A DNA stretch of 34,709 bases, taken from positions 1 to 34,709 of the IMG/VR virus record IMGVR_UViG_3300017747_001938. One strand, written 5' to 3'. Positions within the stretch are counted from its first letter, which is position 1. Each line of letters begins with the position of its first letter. The position numbers and the translations under genes are program-made. The notes beneath the pieces are model-generated. The model worked only from the letters and a program-made list of their open reading frames with translations, had not been told where the DNA came from and searched no databases. Shown here one piece after another: positions 7,562 through 16,115 of this stretch. The stretch comes from a virus. Taxonomy: Duplodnaviria; Caudoviricetes.

Positions 7562-7842
7562 GCTCCTGCCCTGGTGGGCGGTGGGGTTGGTTGTTGTTTC
7601 GCTCTAAGTATTCTGGCGAGTTGCATAATGCTCACTTCAATTGCGCCTAGCGACACCGCTTTTGCCCGTTTGCTTTTGCAAATGTCAAAGTGTTCACGCC
7701 GCTCGCCTTCGTATTGAATCCACTTGCGGTCAACGCCGATCGCGTCGGCCATCGCCAATAGTTCCGCTGATGTGTCGGCAATCATGTGGCACATTTTCAT
7801 GCGACCGAAAGCCGCGTTCATGGAGTCAACGTACACCGCCAT
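7558..7842 (-). CDS. DUF4031 family protein
   Basis: MAVYVD...MCHMIADT..EL.AMA..IG..RKWIQ...HFD...KR..A...GA signature. Confidence 0.85.
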   Translation of the reverse strand: MAVYVDSMNAAFGRMKMCHMIADTSAELLAMADAIGVDRKWIQYEGERREHFDICKSKRAKAVSLGAIEVSIMQLARILRAKQQPTPPPTRAGA

Positions 7843-8047
7843 TGCTCGCCTCCTTCGGGATCAGGGATAGGATGGCGTCGCGGCAATACTCTGCTCGCTC
7901 TGGACACTCAGGTTCATTCATCTGTTCCTCGCACTTCTCCGCCGCCAGCCGCAGCCCGGCTAGGATGCCCTTGCGTACCCAAACCTCAATGATTCGCGGG
8001 TTGTCGGAATCCTCTGCGATCTTCTCTGCCAGTTTGTCAATGTTCAT
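7826..8047 (-). CDS. Hypothetical protein
   Basis: 73 aa; ATGA overlap with the upstream gene; AAEKCE...CRDAI motif seen in small phage proteins. Confidence 0.65.
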   Translation of the reverse strand: MNIDKLAEKIAEDSDNPRIIEVWVRKGILAGLRLAAEKCEEQMNEPECPERAEYCRDAILSLIPKEASNGGVR

Positions 8048-8484
8048 GGCTGTTCTCCGAGGGCGGCGAGGGCTTGGCGTGCCTCTCGTATCCGAAAGTC
8101 GATAAGTGATTGTGGGCCACGATCTGCGGTTTCTACATCGGCCTGTGCAACAAGCATCTCTGCCGCCTCCACCACCTTCTCCAACTTCTCGATCTTCGCC
8201 TGCTGTTCCTTCATCTCGGTGAGGATGGATTCGAGGTCGGTAGAACCGGCGAGAGCGATGAAGTTCATATTGCGCTCATCGACAGCCCGCAGCATTCCTT
8301 CGCACACCAAGCCGCCAACGCCAAGTGTTGCTCCGTCAATCTTGTTGTGGTGCGGATCACCGCCGCCAACGCCAACAAACACGCTGTCCTTGCGGACTCT
8401 TCGTGGGGATTGCTCCCACGGTCCCGCCGTCGCCTTCTTCCTCGCCTCCACCAACTTCTCAAGTTGTTCGATGTTGTTAGTCAT
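8044..8484 (-). CDS. Ead/Ea22-like protein
   Basis: KATAGPW and NMNFIALA motifs plus a coiled coil. Confidence 0.65.
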   Translation of the reverse strand: MTNNIEQLEKLVEARKKATAGPWEQSPRRVRKDSVFVGVGGGDPHHNKIDGATLGVGGLVCEGMLRAVDERNMNFIALAGSTDLESILTEMKEQQAKIEKLEKVVEAAEMLVAQADVETADRGPQSLIDFRIREARQALAALGEQP

Positions 8485-8638
8485 TGGAGACACCGCCTTT
8501 CAAAATGACACGACACTTGAAGCCGAGAACTTTGATATACATCAACGCCTGACCGCGATCTTCGATGATGCGAAGGTCGTCCGGGTCCGTTGTGTTGTCT
8601 GCCAGTTTGCCGTCGAGAGTGAACACGTACCAGAACAT
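8477..8638 (-). CDS. Small hypothetical protein (53 aa, not in ORF track)
   Basis: MFWYVFTLDGKLADNTTDPDDLRIIEDRGQALMYIKVLGFKCRVILKGGVSND; fills the gap and is coupled to the upstream stop (TGATG). Confidence 0.55.
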   Translation of the reverse strand: MFWYVFTLDGKLADNTTDPDDLRIIEDRGQALMYIKVLGFKCRVILKGGVSND

Positions 8639-9195
8639 CACTCACCGCCTTTCATCGCGGCGAGTTTCGCGTCGATGTGGGCGTCGATGGCGTTGGCGAG
8701 ACTCCGGCCCAAATCGAGCGTGCCGCCAAGAGCGTTACGAAACACTTGCGCCATCGCTTCCAGCGTGTCCACCTTCGCCTCTGCTGGCTTCTCGGCGGTC
8801 GGCTTGGCCTCTGCGTCATGTGGCCCGCCGAACGATGGCGCAGGTGCAAGTCCAGATGCAACCGGGTCGGCTACGGCGCGGGCGATGACCTCGGCGATAA
8901 GCTCAGGCGTTGGCTCTACTGGCTTCTGCTCGGCGGGGGCGGGGCGGAGGTTGCGGGCGTAGCACCATATCGGCTCAAACTCTGGTTTGGGGCCGAACCG
9001 AACAAGGCGCATCTGGTTGTGCGGCGAAACTTTTTCAACCACACCATGCTCGACGTTGTCGATGTTGACAACCCTGTCCCCCACCTTAAACGCGGGAGTC
9101 TTTGCGGGGGTGTTGGCTGCCCGCAACTCCGCGATGGTGGCGTTGGCGGCATCAAGTTTTGCTTCCAATTCTCTGACCTGATCTGCGATGCTCAT
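8638..9195 (-). CDS. Hypothetical protein with coiled coil and SH3/KOW-like segment
   Basis: SD GAAAGGA before ATG 9195; FKVGDRVV...GVV motif. Confidence 0.65.
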   Translation of the reverse strand: MSIADQVRELEAKLDAANATIAELRAANTPAKTPAFKVGDRVVNIDNVEHGVVEKVSPHNQMRLVRFGPKPEFEPIWCYARNLRPAPAEQKPVEPTPELIAEVIARAVADPVASGLAPAPSFGGPHDAEAKPTAEKPAEAKVDTLEAMAQVFRNALGGTLDLGRSLANAIDAHIDAKLAAMKGGE

Positions 9196-9244
9196 ATACA
9201 TCCTTTCGAGTGTTGTTAAGTCGCCATCAATTCCCCAAACGTCA

Positions 9245-9553
9245 TCAGCCGCACGGCGTGGGCTCGGCAATCACGGACGGCACATCCACGCCCAGCCCGA
9301 CGCGCCCGCCCTCGAAAAACTTGACGGCGGTTTCCGGTGTGATGTTGATGAACGTGTCGGCCTCGGTCCATTGGTGCGAATACTTGTGCAGGCGCATGCG
9401 CCACGGTGTGACCTCGCTGGTCAGCAGGCCCAGCCGCATTCGCAGGCGGCGCAGTTCGATGCTCCACCAGGTGCAGACACCGCACCACGGCTGGCCTTCC
9501 ATGTTGGTGTGATCGTGCGGCATTTCGCGGCGGCAGTAGGAGCAGGTGTTCAT
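9245..9553 (-). CDS. Hypothetical protein with CxxC...CxxC zinc-finger
   Basis: CSYC and CGVC; ATGA overlap with rusA. Confidence 0.6.
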   Translation of the reverse strand: MNTCSYCRREMPHDHTNMEGQPWCGVCTWWSIELRRLRMRLGLLTSEVTPWRMRLHKYSHQWTEADTFINITPETAVKFFEGGRVGLGVDVPSVIAEPTPCG

Positions 9554-9930
9554 GCTGCCTCCGTGATCGTGATGTCAACGCGCGGGTTGTCGCGGTCGAG
9601 TTCGCAGGTGATCGCGCCGACACTCAGCACCTTCCAATCGTCGTCGGGGATGATGCCCGCGTCAACGATGCCGTCGATGTAGGGCTTGCAGCCATTGGCC
9701 AAGTTGAGCACATCGCGCCGGCGATTCGTGGCGAGGTAGAAGGCCAGCGACACCTTGGCGCGTTTCGCTTGCCACTCGCTTGCGTTGCCTTCAAACACCG
9801 CAAACCTGGTGCGAATGTTGGCCTCGTGGCGCATCCGCTTCGTCGCCTGCGCCTTGCCGCGCCAATGGCCTTTCGCGTGGCCGCTGGTGCTGCCATCGGG
9901 CAGCGGCAGTGTGATGGTGATGGTGTTCAT
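9550..9930 (-). CDS. rusA: RusA-like Holliday junction resolvase
   Basis: RRRDVLNL...KPYIDGIVDAGIIPDDD...PRVDITI signature; ATG 9930 with SD GGAG. Confidence 0.85.
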   Translation of the reverse strand: MNTITITLPLPDGSTSGHAKGHWRGKAQATKRMRHEANIRTRFAVFEGNASEWQAKRAKVSLAFYLATNRRRDVLNLANGCKPYIDGIVDAGIIPDDDWKVLSVGAITCELDRDNPRVDITITEAA

Positions 9931-9982
9931 GGTGTCTCCAATTTCCCGCCCCGCGATCAGGCGGAGCGGGCGGGGGTTACGG

Positions 9983-10231
9983 TCAGGCTGCAACGCGGCG
10001 TGCGATCCACGCCAGCTTCCACGCCCGCCTCGTCGCGTGCGTCGTCCGCCCGGCGATCTGCCGGGTGAAGTCGGCCACTGTGAAACGCTCACGGTGCTGC
10101 GTGCCGTCAGGCGCGAGCACGTGCGCTGTGATCCAGCCCTGCGACATTCGCAGCACGCGGGCCATTGCGCCGCTCTTCAGCAGGTAGTTGCGGTCTTTCT
10201 TCGGGGTGAGTTGTGTATGTTGCTTCGTCAT
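9983..10231 (-). CDS. Hypothetical protein
   Basis: 82 aa, basic; ATGA overlap with the HNH gene. Confidence 0.6.
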   Translation of the reverse strand: MTKQHTQLTPKKDRNYLLKSGAMARVLRMSQGWITAHVLAPDGTQHRERFTVADFTRQIAGRTTHATRRAWKLAWIARRVAA

Positions 10232-10575
10232 GCTGTGATCTTTCTTACCTTGTCGTTCGCGTGATAGAGTTCGTGGCACGCATCACAGAGCACTGTTAGG
10301 TCGCTTAGGCTTTCGCGGAATAGGCGTTCGTAGGTTCGATGATGCACCTGCAAGTTCTCTTTGCCCATACATACTTCGCACCGGCCCTTTGCCTCTTCGA
10401 TCTTTAGCCTTCGCAACAGTTGCCATTGCGGAGTATTTAAGTAGGCGATGTATTCATCGTGGCGCTTGCGGCGAAGGTATTGTTTTCTGGCGTCGATGAT
10501 GCGCTGTTGTTCTTCGCGCGGCAGCGTGTCCCATACTTCCGATTTCCAGCGGTCAATTTCGTTGGGGTCGCTCAT
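10228..10575 (-). CDS. HNH endonuclease
   Basis: CEVC...LQVHHRTY...DLTVLCDACHELYH. Confidence 0.9.
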   Translation of the reverse strand: MSDPNEIDRWKSEVWDTLPREEQQRIIDARKQYLRRKRHDEYIAYLNTPQWQLLRRLKIEEAKGRCEVCMGKENLQVHHRTYERLFRESLSDLTVLCDACHELYHANDKVRKITA

Positions 10576-12344
10576 TGCTTTTCCTCCTCGATGATCGGGC
10601 CGCGCTCCTCAAAGCAAAGCGTCTGCGGATCGAAGAACGATCCGATCTTTCGCCCACTGCCTGGGCCGTTGCGGGTCTTGATGATTCGCAGGATGCGATT
10701 GACGGTGGCCTGATGTTTGGGCCCGCGAAGGTCTTTGAACGTGCGGATCGTCATCGGCTCCGCCTCGCACGGTTCCATCCACAGCACGCATTGCGTGAAG
10801 CGGTTGTAGGCACGGCCACCCGCGAGGTTGTCGAGGCGACTGCCCTGGTCGCCCTTGCCGCCCTCGCTGCGGGGATGCGTCACGAGCACGAGCGATGAGC
10901 CAGTGCGACGCATGATGCGTTTCGTTTCGAGAATGAACTTGCGATCGGCAGACCACGGCTCTTTGCCGCTGTCGGCTGCGGTGATCGGGTCGATGATGAT
11001 CACGCGGCAGCCCGCGTCGGCACGCTCACCCACCCATCGCACGAGGTCATCGAGGCTGATGTCCGATCCTGGCGCGTCCCAAATGCGTTTGCCCAGCGCG
11101 TCAAGCGTGCCCATGTGCGTTTCGTAGGCGTCGGCCACAGCACCGGCTGCCGTCCGCATCCACTCGTCGTCGGTGAGGCGCGAGTCGCGGGCAAGCTGGG
11201 CGAGGGCGCGAAGTTGATGAAACTTGCGATCCTCTTCAAGGTGGAACACGGCGAACTCGACGCCCGCCTCAAGCCAGCCGATGCAGCACTGGCTGATCCA
11301 CATCGACTTCGTGCTGCCGCCTGAGCCGCATAGCACCGTCGTCGTTCCGGGCAGGAGCGAGCGAGCGCCACGGGTCAGCGCCGGGGCGTAGGGCCATTCG
11401 ATGTTGGTGAACTTGCCGCTGGTGATGTCGCCCAGCAGGTTGGACAAGTCCGACGACTCAGCCGGCGGCGGCTCGATGGGCACGGCGGGCTTGTCGATCT
11501 GGCGGTTGCGCAGGCCGAACTCGCCATCGGCTTCGACCTTGGCCCGCGCGCTTTCGATCTTGTGGGCCAGTTCTTTCACCGACCAAGCGGGGTGGGCCTT
11601 GGTGCTGTTCCACCACTCCATCACAGCCCACGCCTCGTTGTCGCTCAGGCCGAAGCGGAAGCACTCGCAGGCGGCGCGGAGCGTCGAGTCATGGCCGCGA
11701 TTGCCCGCGACGGCCTCGGGGCACTTGCGCAGGTACTCAATGCACCTGGCCTGCTCATCGCCTCGGTTGGCGGCTGCGCTTGACGGCGGCGGCATTCGCC
11801 GGGGCGCAGGCTTGGGTGCGAACACGAGAGCGTAGAGGCCATTGATCTTCTCCTGCCGCTTCTCAATCTCGTGCGACACGTTGTCAAGCCGCTGGCCGGT
11901 GACGGCGAAGTAGCGGGCGCGGCAATACATTTCCACGAAGCCATCGCGGAACTTTCGCCGGCCCCCGGTGTTGTCGCCGGGCCACTTGCCATAGCACCAC
12001 AGCTTGACGCCAGTGCCGCTCGGGCTGATCTCGGTGTACGTGTTGAACGATGCGACGATGCCGCGCGCCCACGGCTTGAGTTCGCCATCCTCAACGCTGT
12101 TGTCGAGGTCGATGCCGACCATTCCGTTGTCGGGCGCGAACACGCAGCCGATGCCGTCGTAGCCTTCCGCCTCGATGACCTGGCCGAAAGTCGTCCACGT
12201 TGCCGGGTCGGTGGAGTCGGCGGGCGCGCCGGTCGGCTGGAACGGCACCTTGGTCGTGCTGCCGTCGCGGGTGACGTACTTCCACACGAGCCATTGCGGG
12301 AGGCTGCGTAGGTCGCTGGGGATGTTGTCGAGGGTGATCGTCAT
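10572..12344 (-). CDS. Primase-polymerase (AEP, NrS-1-like) fused to an SF4/RecA-type helicase
   Basis: IPSDLRSLPQWLVW...KVP, GIDLD, YTEISPSGTG, EMY...RYFAVTG. C-terminal Walker A GSGGSTKS, Walker B IIIDP, LVTHPR, IIKTRNG. Confidence 0.85.
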   Translation of the reverse strand: MTITLDNIPSDLRSLPQWLVWKYVTRDGSTTKVPFQPTGAPADSTDPATWTTFGQVIEAEGYDGIGCVFAPDNGMVGIDLDNSVEDGELKPWARGIVASFNTYTEISPSGTGVKLWCYGKWPGDNTGGRRKFRDGFVEMYCRARYFAVTGQRLDNVSHEIEKRQEKINGLYALVFAPKPAPRRMPPPSSAAANRGDEQARCIEYLRKCPEAVAGNRGHDSTLRAACECFRFGLSDNEAWAVMEWWNSTKAHPAWSVKELAHKIESARAKVEADGEFGLRNRQIDKPAVPIEPPPAESSDLSNLLGDITSGKFTNIEWPYAPALTRGARSLLPGTTTVLCGSGGSTKSMWISQCCIGWLEAGVEFAVFHLEEDRKFHQLRALAQLARDSRLTDDEWMRTAAGAVADAYETHMGTLDALGKRIWDAPGSDISLDDLVRWVGERADAGCRVIIIDPITAADSGKEPWSADRKFILETKRIMRRTGSSLVLVTHPRSEGGKGDQGSRLDNLAGGRAYNRFTQCVLWMEPCEAEPMTIRTFKDLRGPKHQATVNRILRIIKTRNGPGSGRKIGSFFDPQTLCFEERGPIIEEEKQ

Positions 12345-13123
12345 TGCGGGCCTCCAAAAATGCGGTCGGCTTCTTCCAAGCTCAGTGGCTTGTCGATGTA
12401 TGAGCCATCGGGCTGGAACCCGTAGACGACGGGCTTGGGTTCGGCGCACAGCGCCCAGTGCTTGTCGATGGCCGTCGCGGTGCAGACGCAATCGGGGAAG
12501 TGGGTGCGGTAGTTCTTCATCCGCCTGGCGATGTCGTCGGGCTTGGCCCCCTTGGCTTTGAGCGACGCCGCCACCTTGCCGATCAATGAGCCATCGCTGG
12601 ACTCTGGCACGAGCTTGAACGCGGTGGCGATGGCGTCGAAGAGTTCGTTGCGTGGGCGCGGCGGCTTGGGCGGCTGCGGCGGCGAAGCCGGTTCACCCTC
12701 TTGCGGGCCGCCCGCAATGTCTTTTGTCTTATTCTTCTCTTCTCTTCTCTTCTCTGGTAACGCTTCTGTAACGCTCGCAGCGTTACGAAATCGTTTCACT
12801 CGGTCTTTTCCAAGCGCCCGCATCTTGCCAGAAACGCCATTGTGCCGTGTGAAATTTGGCAATTTCATATTTCCGTCGCTACCCATCAACCACCCCACTT
12901 CACGAAGCGCGTCGGCGAAGCCTTCGCACGCTGTGTAACGGTCAAGAAACGCTCTTGTAACGCTGAGAGCGTTACCGTCTTTTGTCTGCTGATCGGCCCA
13001 AATCCAGACGCGCAGGCACTTGCCAAGGGCCGCGTCTTGGTCGATTCCGAGCAGGTCGGCGATGCGAATGATTTCGGGTTTGTCGGGGGTCGAGATTTCG
13101 ACCTTGATCCAGTCGCCAGCCAT
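12341..13123 (-). CDS. Phage replication initiator protein
   Basis: MAGDWIK...KPEI N-terminus, GFADALREVGWL, EKRREE linker; contains internal ori-like palindromes. Confidence 0.75.
   Translation of the reverse strand: MAGDWIKVEISTPDKPEIIRIADLLGIDQDAALGKCLRVWIWADQQTKDGNALSVTRAFLDRYTACEGFADALREVGWLMGSDGNMKLPNFTRHNGVSGKMRALGKDRVKRFRNAASVTEALPEKRREEKNKTKDIAGGPQEGEPASPPQPPKPPRPRNELFDAIATAFKLVPESSDGSLIGKVAASLKAKGAKPDDIARRMKNYRTHFPDCVCTATAIDKHWALCAEPKPVVYGFQPDGSYIDKPLSLEEADRIFGGPQ
12721..12975. repeat. Candidate replication origin (iteron-like palindromes)
   Basis: GTAACGCT-nnn-AGCGTTAC at 12768-12786 and 12957-12975; half-sites at 12757-12764 and 12935-12940; pyrimidine tract (TTCTC)n at 12721-12755. 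Confidence 0.6.
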
Positions 13124-13242
13124 AGGGCAGTCCTTTGCAAAGCTTCGACACTGGCCGCGCGCATCCGCCGCGTCGGCCTAAGCTCCCCGCCCGGCTTCCA
13201 CCGGGCAGGGGTCACATCCCGCTACGCGCGGGCAGGAGCAGG

Positions 13243-13950
13243 TCAGAACGGAATCGCGCACTCTTCCGCGATCGCCGCCCACTCGTCGCCGGTCAGCGCC
13301 GACTCGGGCCGCCCCTTGAGGCACGCGCCCAGCGCATCGACCCACTTCTTGTCACGGTCGGCGTCGGCGTTCTTCCCGGCCCAGGCCTCGCATACGCTGG
13401 CCCACGCCGCGTCCTTGGTCGTCGGCTTGGTCGCCGTGGCCGTGGCCGTCGAAGCGGCTGGCGCGGGCGGCAGCGAGCGCGCCGGGGCGGGTGGCGGGGG
13501 TGTGGGGCGGCCAGCGGGCTTGGGTGCCGGTGCCGCCGTGCGCGACTTCCACTTGGCGGAGAGTTGGCGGATCGCGTCGTTGTCGGCCTTGACGATCTCC
13601 TTCGCGCCGCCCCACTTGGCAAGCTCCCATCGCTCGGTGGTCTTGCCGTTGTATTCCTCGTGGCGGCAATTCAACTCGACACCTTCAAACTTCGCCTCGT
13701 CTGCGAAGTCGGGCGCGTTGAAGTCGCCGTTGAAGCCAAGGGCGAGCAGCTTCTTCTCGGTGTATTCCCACGCGTTGTCGCTGAACGACAGGTACAGGGT
13801 GCGCTCGATGGGCGTGGGCAGCGGTGCCCATTGGCCAGCGTCTGCGACGTGGGTGACATCGAAGACAACGGCCATCTGTGAGCCGCCCTTCTCTGACTTG
13901 GTGACGACGCCGGTTTTCAGTTTTGCGAAGTGTGGTACTGCGGGTTGCAT
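13243..13950 (-). CDS. Single-stranded DNA-binding protein (DUF669-like)
   Basis: OB-fold-like N-terminus, Pro/Ala linker, acidic C-terminus ending EECAIPF; follows the Sak4-like ATPase. Confidence 0.65.
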   Translation of the reverse strand: MQPAVPHFAKLKTGVVTKSEKGGSQMAVVFDVTHVADAGQWAPLPTPIERTLYLSFSDNAWEYTEKKLLALGFNGDFNAPDFADEAKFEGVELNCRHEEYNGKTTERWELAKWGGAKEIVKADNDAIRQLSAKWKSRTAAPAPKPAGRPTPPPPAPARSLPPAPAASTATATATKPTTKDAAWASVCEAWAGKNADADRDKKWVDALGACLKGRPESALTGDEWAAIAEECAIPF

Positions 13951-13961
13951 GATGCTGCTCC

Positions 13962-14822
13962 TTAACGGGTGATGTGTGCGAAGATCGTGCTGAACATCAG
14001 CGACGGATCGTTGGGAACGTCGATAGCCTCGGGCATGGCGAAACGGTTCTTGGCGTCGAAGGCGTCGCGGCGCTGGGTGTAGACCACGCGCTCGGTGCCG
14101 CCGATGCCCTTGCCCTTACCCTTCTGCTCTTTGTCGATGACGGTGAGGTAGCGACCGAAGAGCACCGCGTCGGCCCACTTGAACGTGGGCGACCAGAGTT
14201 TGTGGTGAACGTCAGGCACGAATCGGTCGAAGTCTGCGCCGTCAGGATTCTTGAACGGCTTGATCTGGATATGCCCCAGGATCATCACGTTCACGCCTTG
14301 CTTGAGCCGCAGCGTGTCGAGGGCGGCGAGCAGCTTGTGCCACTCCATCGCGGCGATGTCGTAGCCGCGTTGGAAGCTGCTGAATCCTTTGTCGCCGAAG
14401 TCGCCCTTGAAATCGCGGTCGCACACGGCGACGTTGCACTGCCGCTCGAAGCCGCTCAGAGCGTCGAACACGATGGTCTTGATGCCCTGCGGATCTGCGG
14501 TGAGGTCGGCCACGGTGTCGAGCGTGTGCTGCCACGAATCAAGCTCAACGGCGGGGATGGCCGGTGCAAGGTTGTGCGCCAGCAGCGTGCGGTAGCCGGT
14601 TTCGCCGCGTGCCATCAGCATCGCAGCGCCGGGGCAGTTCGCGCCCAGGGTGGTTTTGCCGAAGCCTTCGACGGCAGTGAAGATCATGCGCCACGGTTCA
14701 ATTACCGGCGTGGCCATCGCCAGCCGGGGGCGTGGCTCAGACGACGACGGCTTGACCGTTGACGCTGGTGACGGTGGCATCGGCGGGCGTTTGGGCGGTG
14801 CTGTTGTGGGTGCTGCTGTCAT
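13962..14822 (-). CDS. AAA_24 / Sak4-like ATPase recombinase
   Basis: Walker A AVEGFGKTT, TIVFDALS, GFSSFQRGY, ILGH, WADAVLF, AFDAKNR. Confidence 0.85.
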   Translation of the reverse strand: MTAAPTTAPPKRPPMPPSPASTVKPSSSEPRPRLAMATPVIEPWRMIFTAVEGFGKTTLGANCPGAAMLMARGETGYRTLLAHNLAPAIPAVELDSWQHTLDTVADLTADPQGIKTIVFDALSGFERQCNVAVCDRDFKGDFGDKGFSSFQRGYDIAAMEWHKLLAALDTLRLKQGVNVMILGHIQIKPFKNPDGADFDRFVPDVHHKLWSPTFKWADAVLFGRYLTVIDKEQKGKGKGIGGTERVVYTQRRDAFDAKNRFAMPEAIDVPNDPSLMFSTIFAHITR

Positions 14823-15777
14823 GGGTTGCTCCTGCAAGCTCGGGGTGAAGGGAAGAAGTCAGCCGAACGAAGCCGCTCGGCACGGTGTTGGTTACGTCGA
14901 TGTTGGATGAGCAGATGTCGAGATACGCGCAGCGGTACGGCGACACGCAGGCGTTGGTGTTGCGGTACGCGCGGCCCTCCGCGATGGCCTTCCCGATGTC
15001 CCACAACTCGCTGCGAAATTCATCCAGGTCGCTTTCGAGGCGGGGAATCTCTTGGCGGGCGAGGTAGTGGTCGGGCCGCTCCGCGATGTCGAGGGTGAGG
15101 CGGTCGCCATATTCGCGGGCGGTTTCGCGGCGCTTGTCCTCGCCCTTGCCGATCAGCTTGGGGCGGATGCCCGGCTTCTTGAGGCAGTCATAGAGCACGG
15201 TCTGAACGTCGTAGCCCAGCGCCCGCGCGGCAAGAAAGTAGTGGCTGATCTGCTGATCGACGCGAAGCCTGCGCCAGTAGTCAGAGTCTGGCGCTAGGTC
15301 GTCGCTTGTGGTTTTGTGTTCCATCACGGCCAGCCGACCATCAGCCAGCCGCACGATTGCGTCGATCTTCCCGGCAATGCGCCAAGTGCGGGACGCCGCG
15401 CCGGTCGCCGGGTTGACCAGCGGCAGGTCGAACGCCTGCTCGGTCGCCACGATCTGGATGCGGCTGTCGGCCCACCGCCACTGCCAGGCGGTAAGCAGCC
15501 GCACGACGATCTCGCACTCGACCGCCCACTCTTCGACCGCCTCATCGGTATTGGCCCATGCGGGCAGCGTGGCGTAGTTGAGGTAGACCTGCTGACAGGC
15601 TTCGTCGAGCGACAGCCCGCCCTTGAGCGCGTCGAGTCCTTCGTGCAGGGCGCTGCCCATGCGAAGCGGCGCGCCGTCGATGTCGCGGCGGATGGCGGCA
15701 ACGTATTCGAAGTGGTGTTTGCGCGGGCAGGTCTTGTAGCTCGCCATGCGCGAATGAGTCAAAAGGTTGGTGATCAT
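14737..15777 (-). CDS. PD-(D/E)XK exonuclease (RecB/Cas4-like)
   Basis: THSRM..YKTCPRK, GSALH, TEQAF, GKIDAI, EHKTT, QISHY and C-terminal C....C...C. Confidence 0.88.
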   Translation of the reverse strand: MITNLLTHSRMASYKTCPRKHHFEYVAAIRRDIDGAPLRMGSALHEGLDALKGGLSLDEACQQVYLNYATLPAWANTDEAVEEWAVECEIVVRLLTAWQWRWADSRIQIVATEQAFDLPLVNPATGAASRTWRIAGKIDAIVRLADGRLAVMEHKTTSDDLAPDSDYWRRLRVDQQISHYFLAARALGYDVQTVLYDCLKKPGIRPKLIGKGEDKRRETAREYGDRLTLDIAERPDHYLARQEIPRLESDLDEFRSELWDIGKAIAEGRAYRNTNACVSPYRCAYLDICSSNIDVTNTVPSGFVRLTSSLHPELAGATHDSSTHNSTAQTPADATVTSVNGQAVVV

Positions 15778-15887
15778 TTGCTGCTCCTGAAAAGTGTGTG
15801 GATCAGAATCCGGTGATGGCGATAAAAGCACTGCCGCGCGATTGCGACGATGATCAGTGCGAGGTAGATGCGTCCACGCGCACTCAT
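15774..15887 (-). CDS. Small hypothetical peptide (37 aa, not in ORF track)
   Basis: MSARGRIYLALIIVAIARQCFYRHHRILIHTLFRSSK; ATGA overlaps with both neighbours. Confidence 0.5.
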   Translation of the reverse strand: MSARGRIYLALIIVAIARQCFYRHHRILIHTLFRSSK

Positions 15888-16084
15888 GCCGTCACCCAGC
15901 ACCACACCGCCAGCACCACCGCGGCGACGATGCAGGCCGCGACGATCAGGGCACTGGCCAGTGAGTCGGGGGTGACGATGGGGGATTCAAGGTCCACCGA
16001 GGGGCAGTCCTCGCTCTCGGCCGGCCCGGTGTCGTTGCGGCGTTGGTAGTTGCACAGGCGGTCGGTGATTGGCATCTGGCTCAT
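15884..16084 (-). CDS. Small protein with C-terminal transmembrane helix
   Basis: SD AAGGA before ATG 16084; C-terminal LIVAACIVAAVVLAVWCWV. Confidence 0.6.
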   Translation of the reverse strand: MSQMPITDRLCNYQRRNDTGPAESEDCPSVDLESPIVTPDSLASALIVAACIVAAVVLAVWCWVTA

Positions 16085-16115
16085 GGCGTTCCTTTCACTT
16101 GCGAGCGGTGGTGAG

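Noticed and set aside
14737-15777. Cas4-like nuclease as a sign of a CRISPR-Cas system
   Set aside because: No repeat-spacer array or other cas genes. The context (Sak4-like ATPase, SSB) is a standard phage recombination module.
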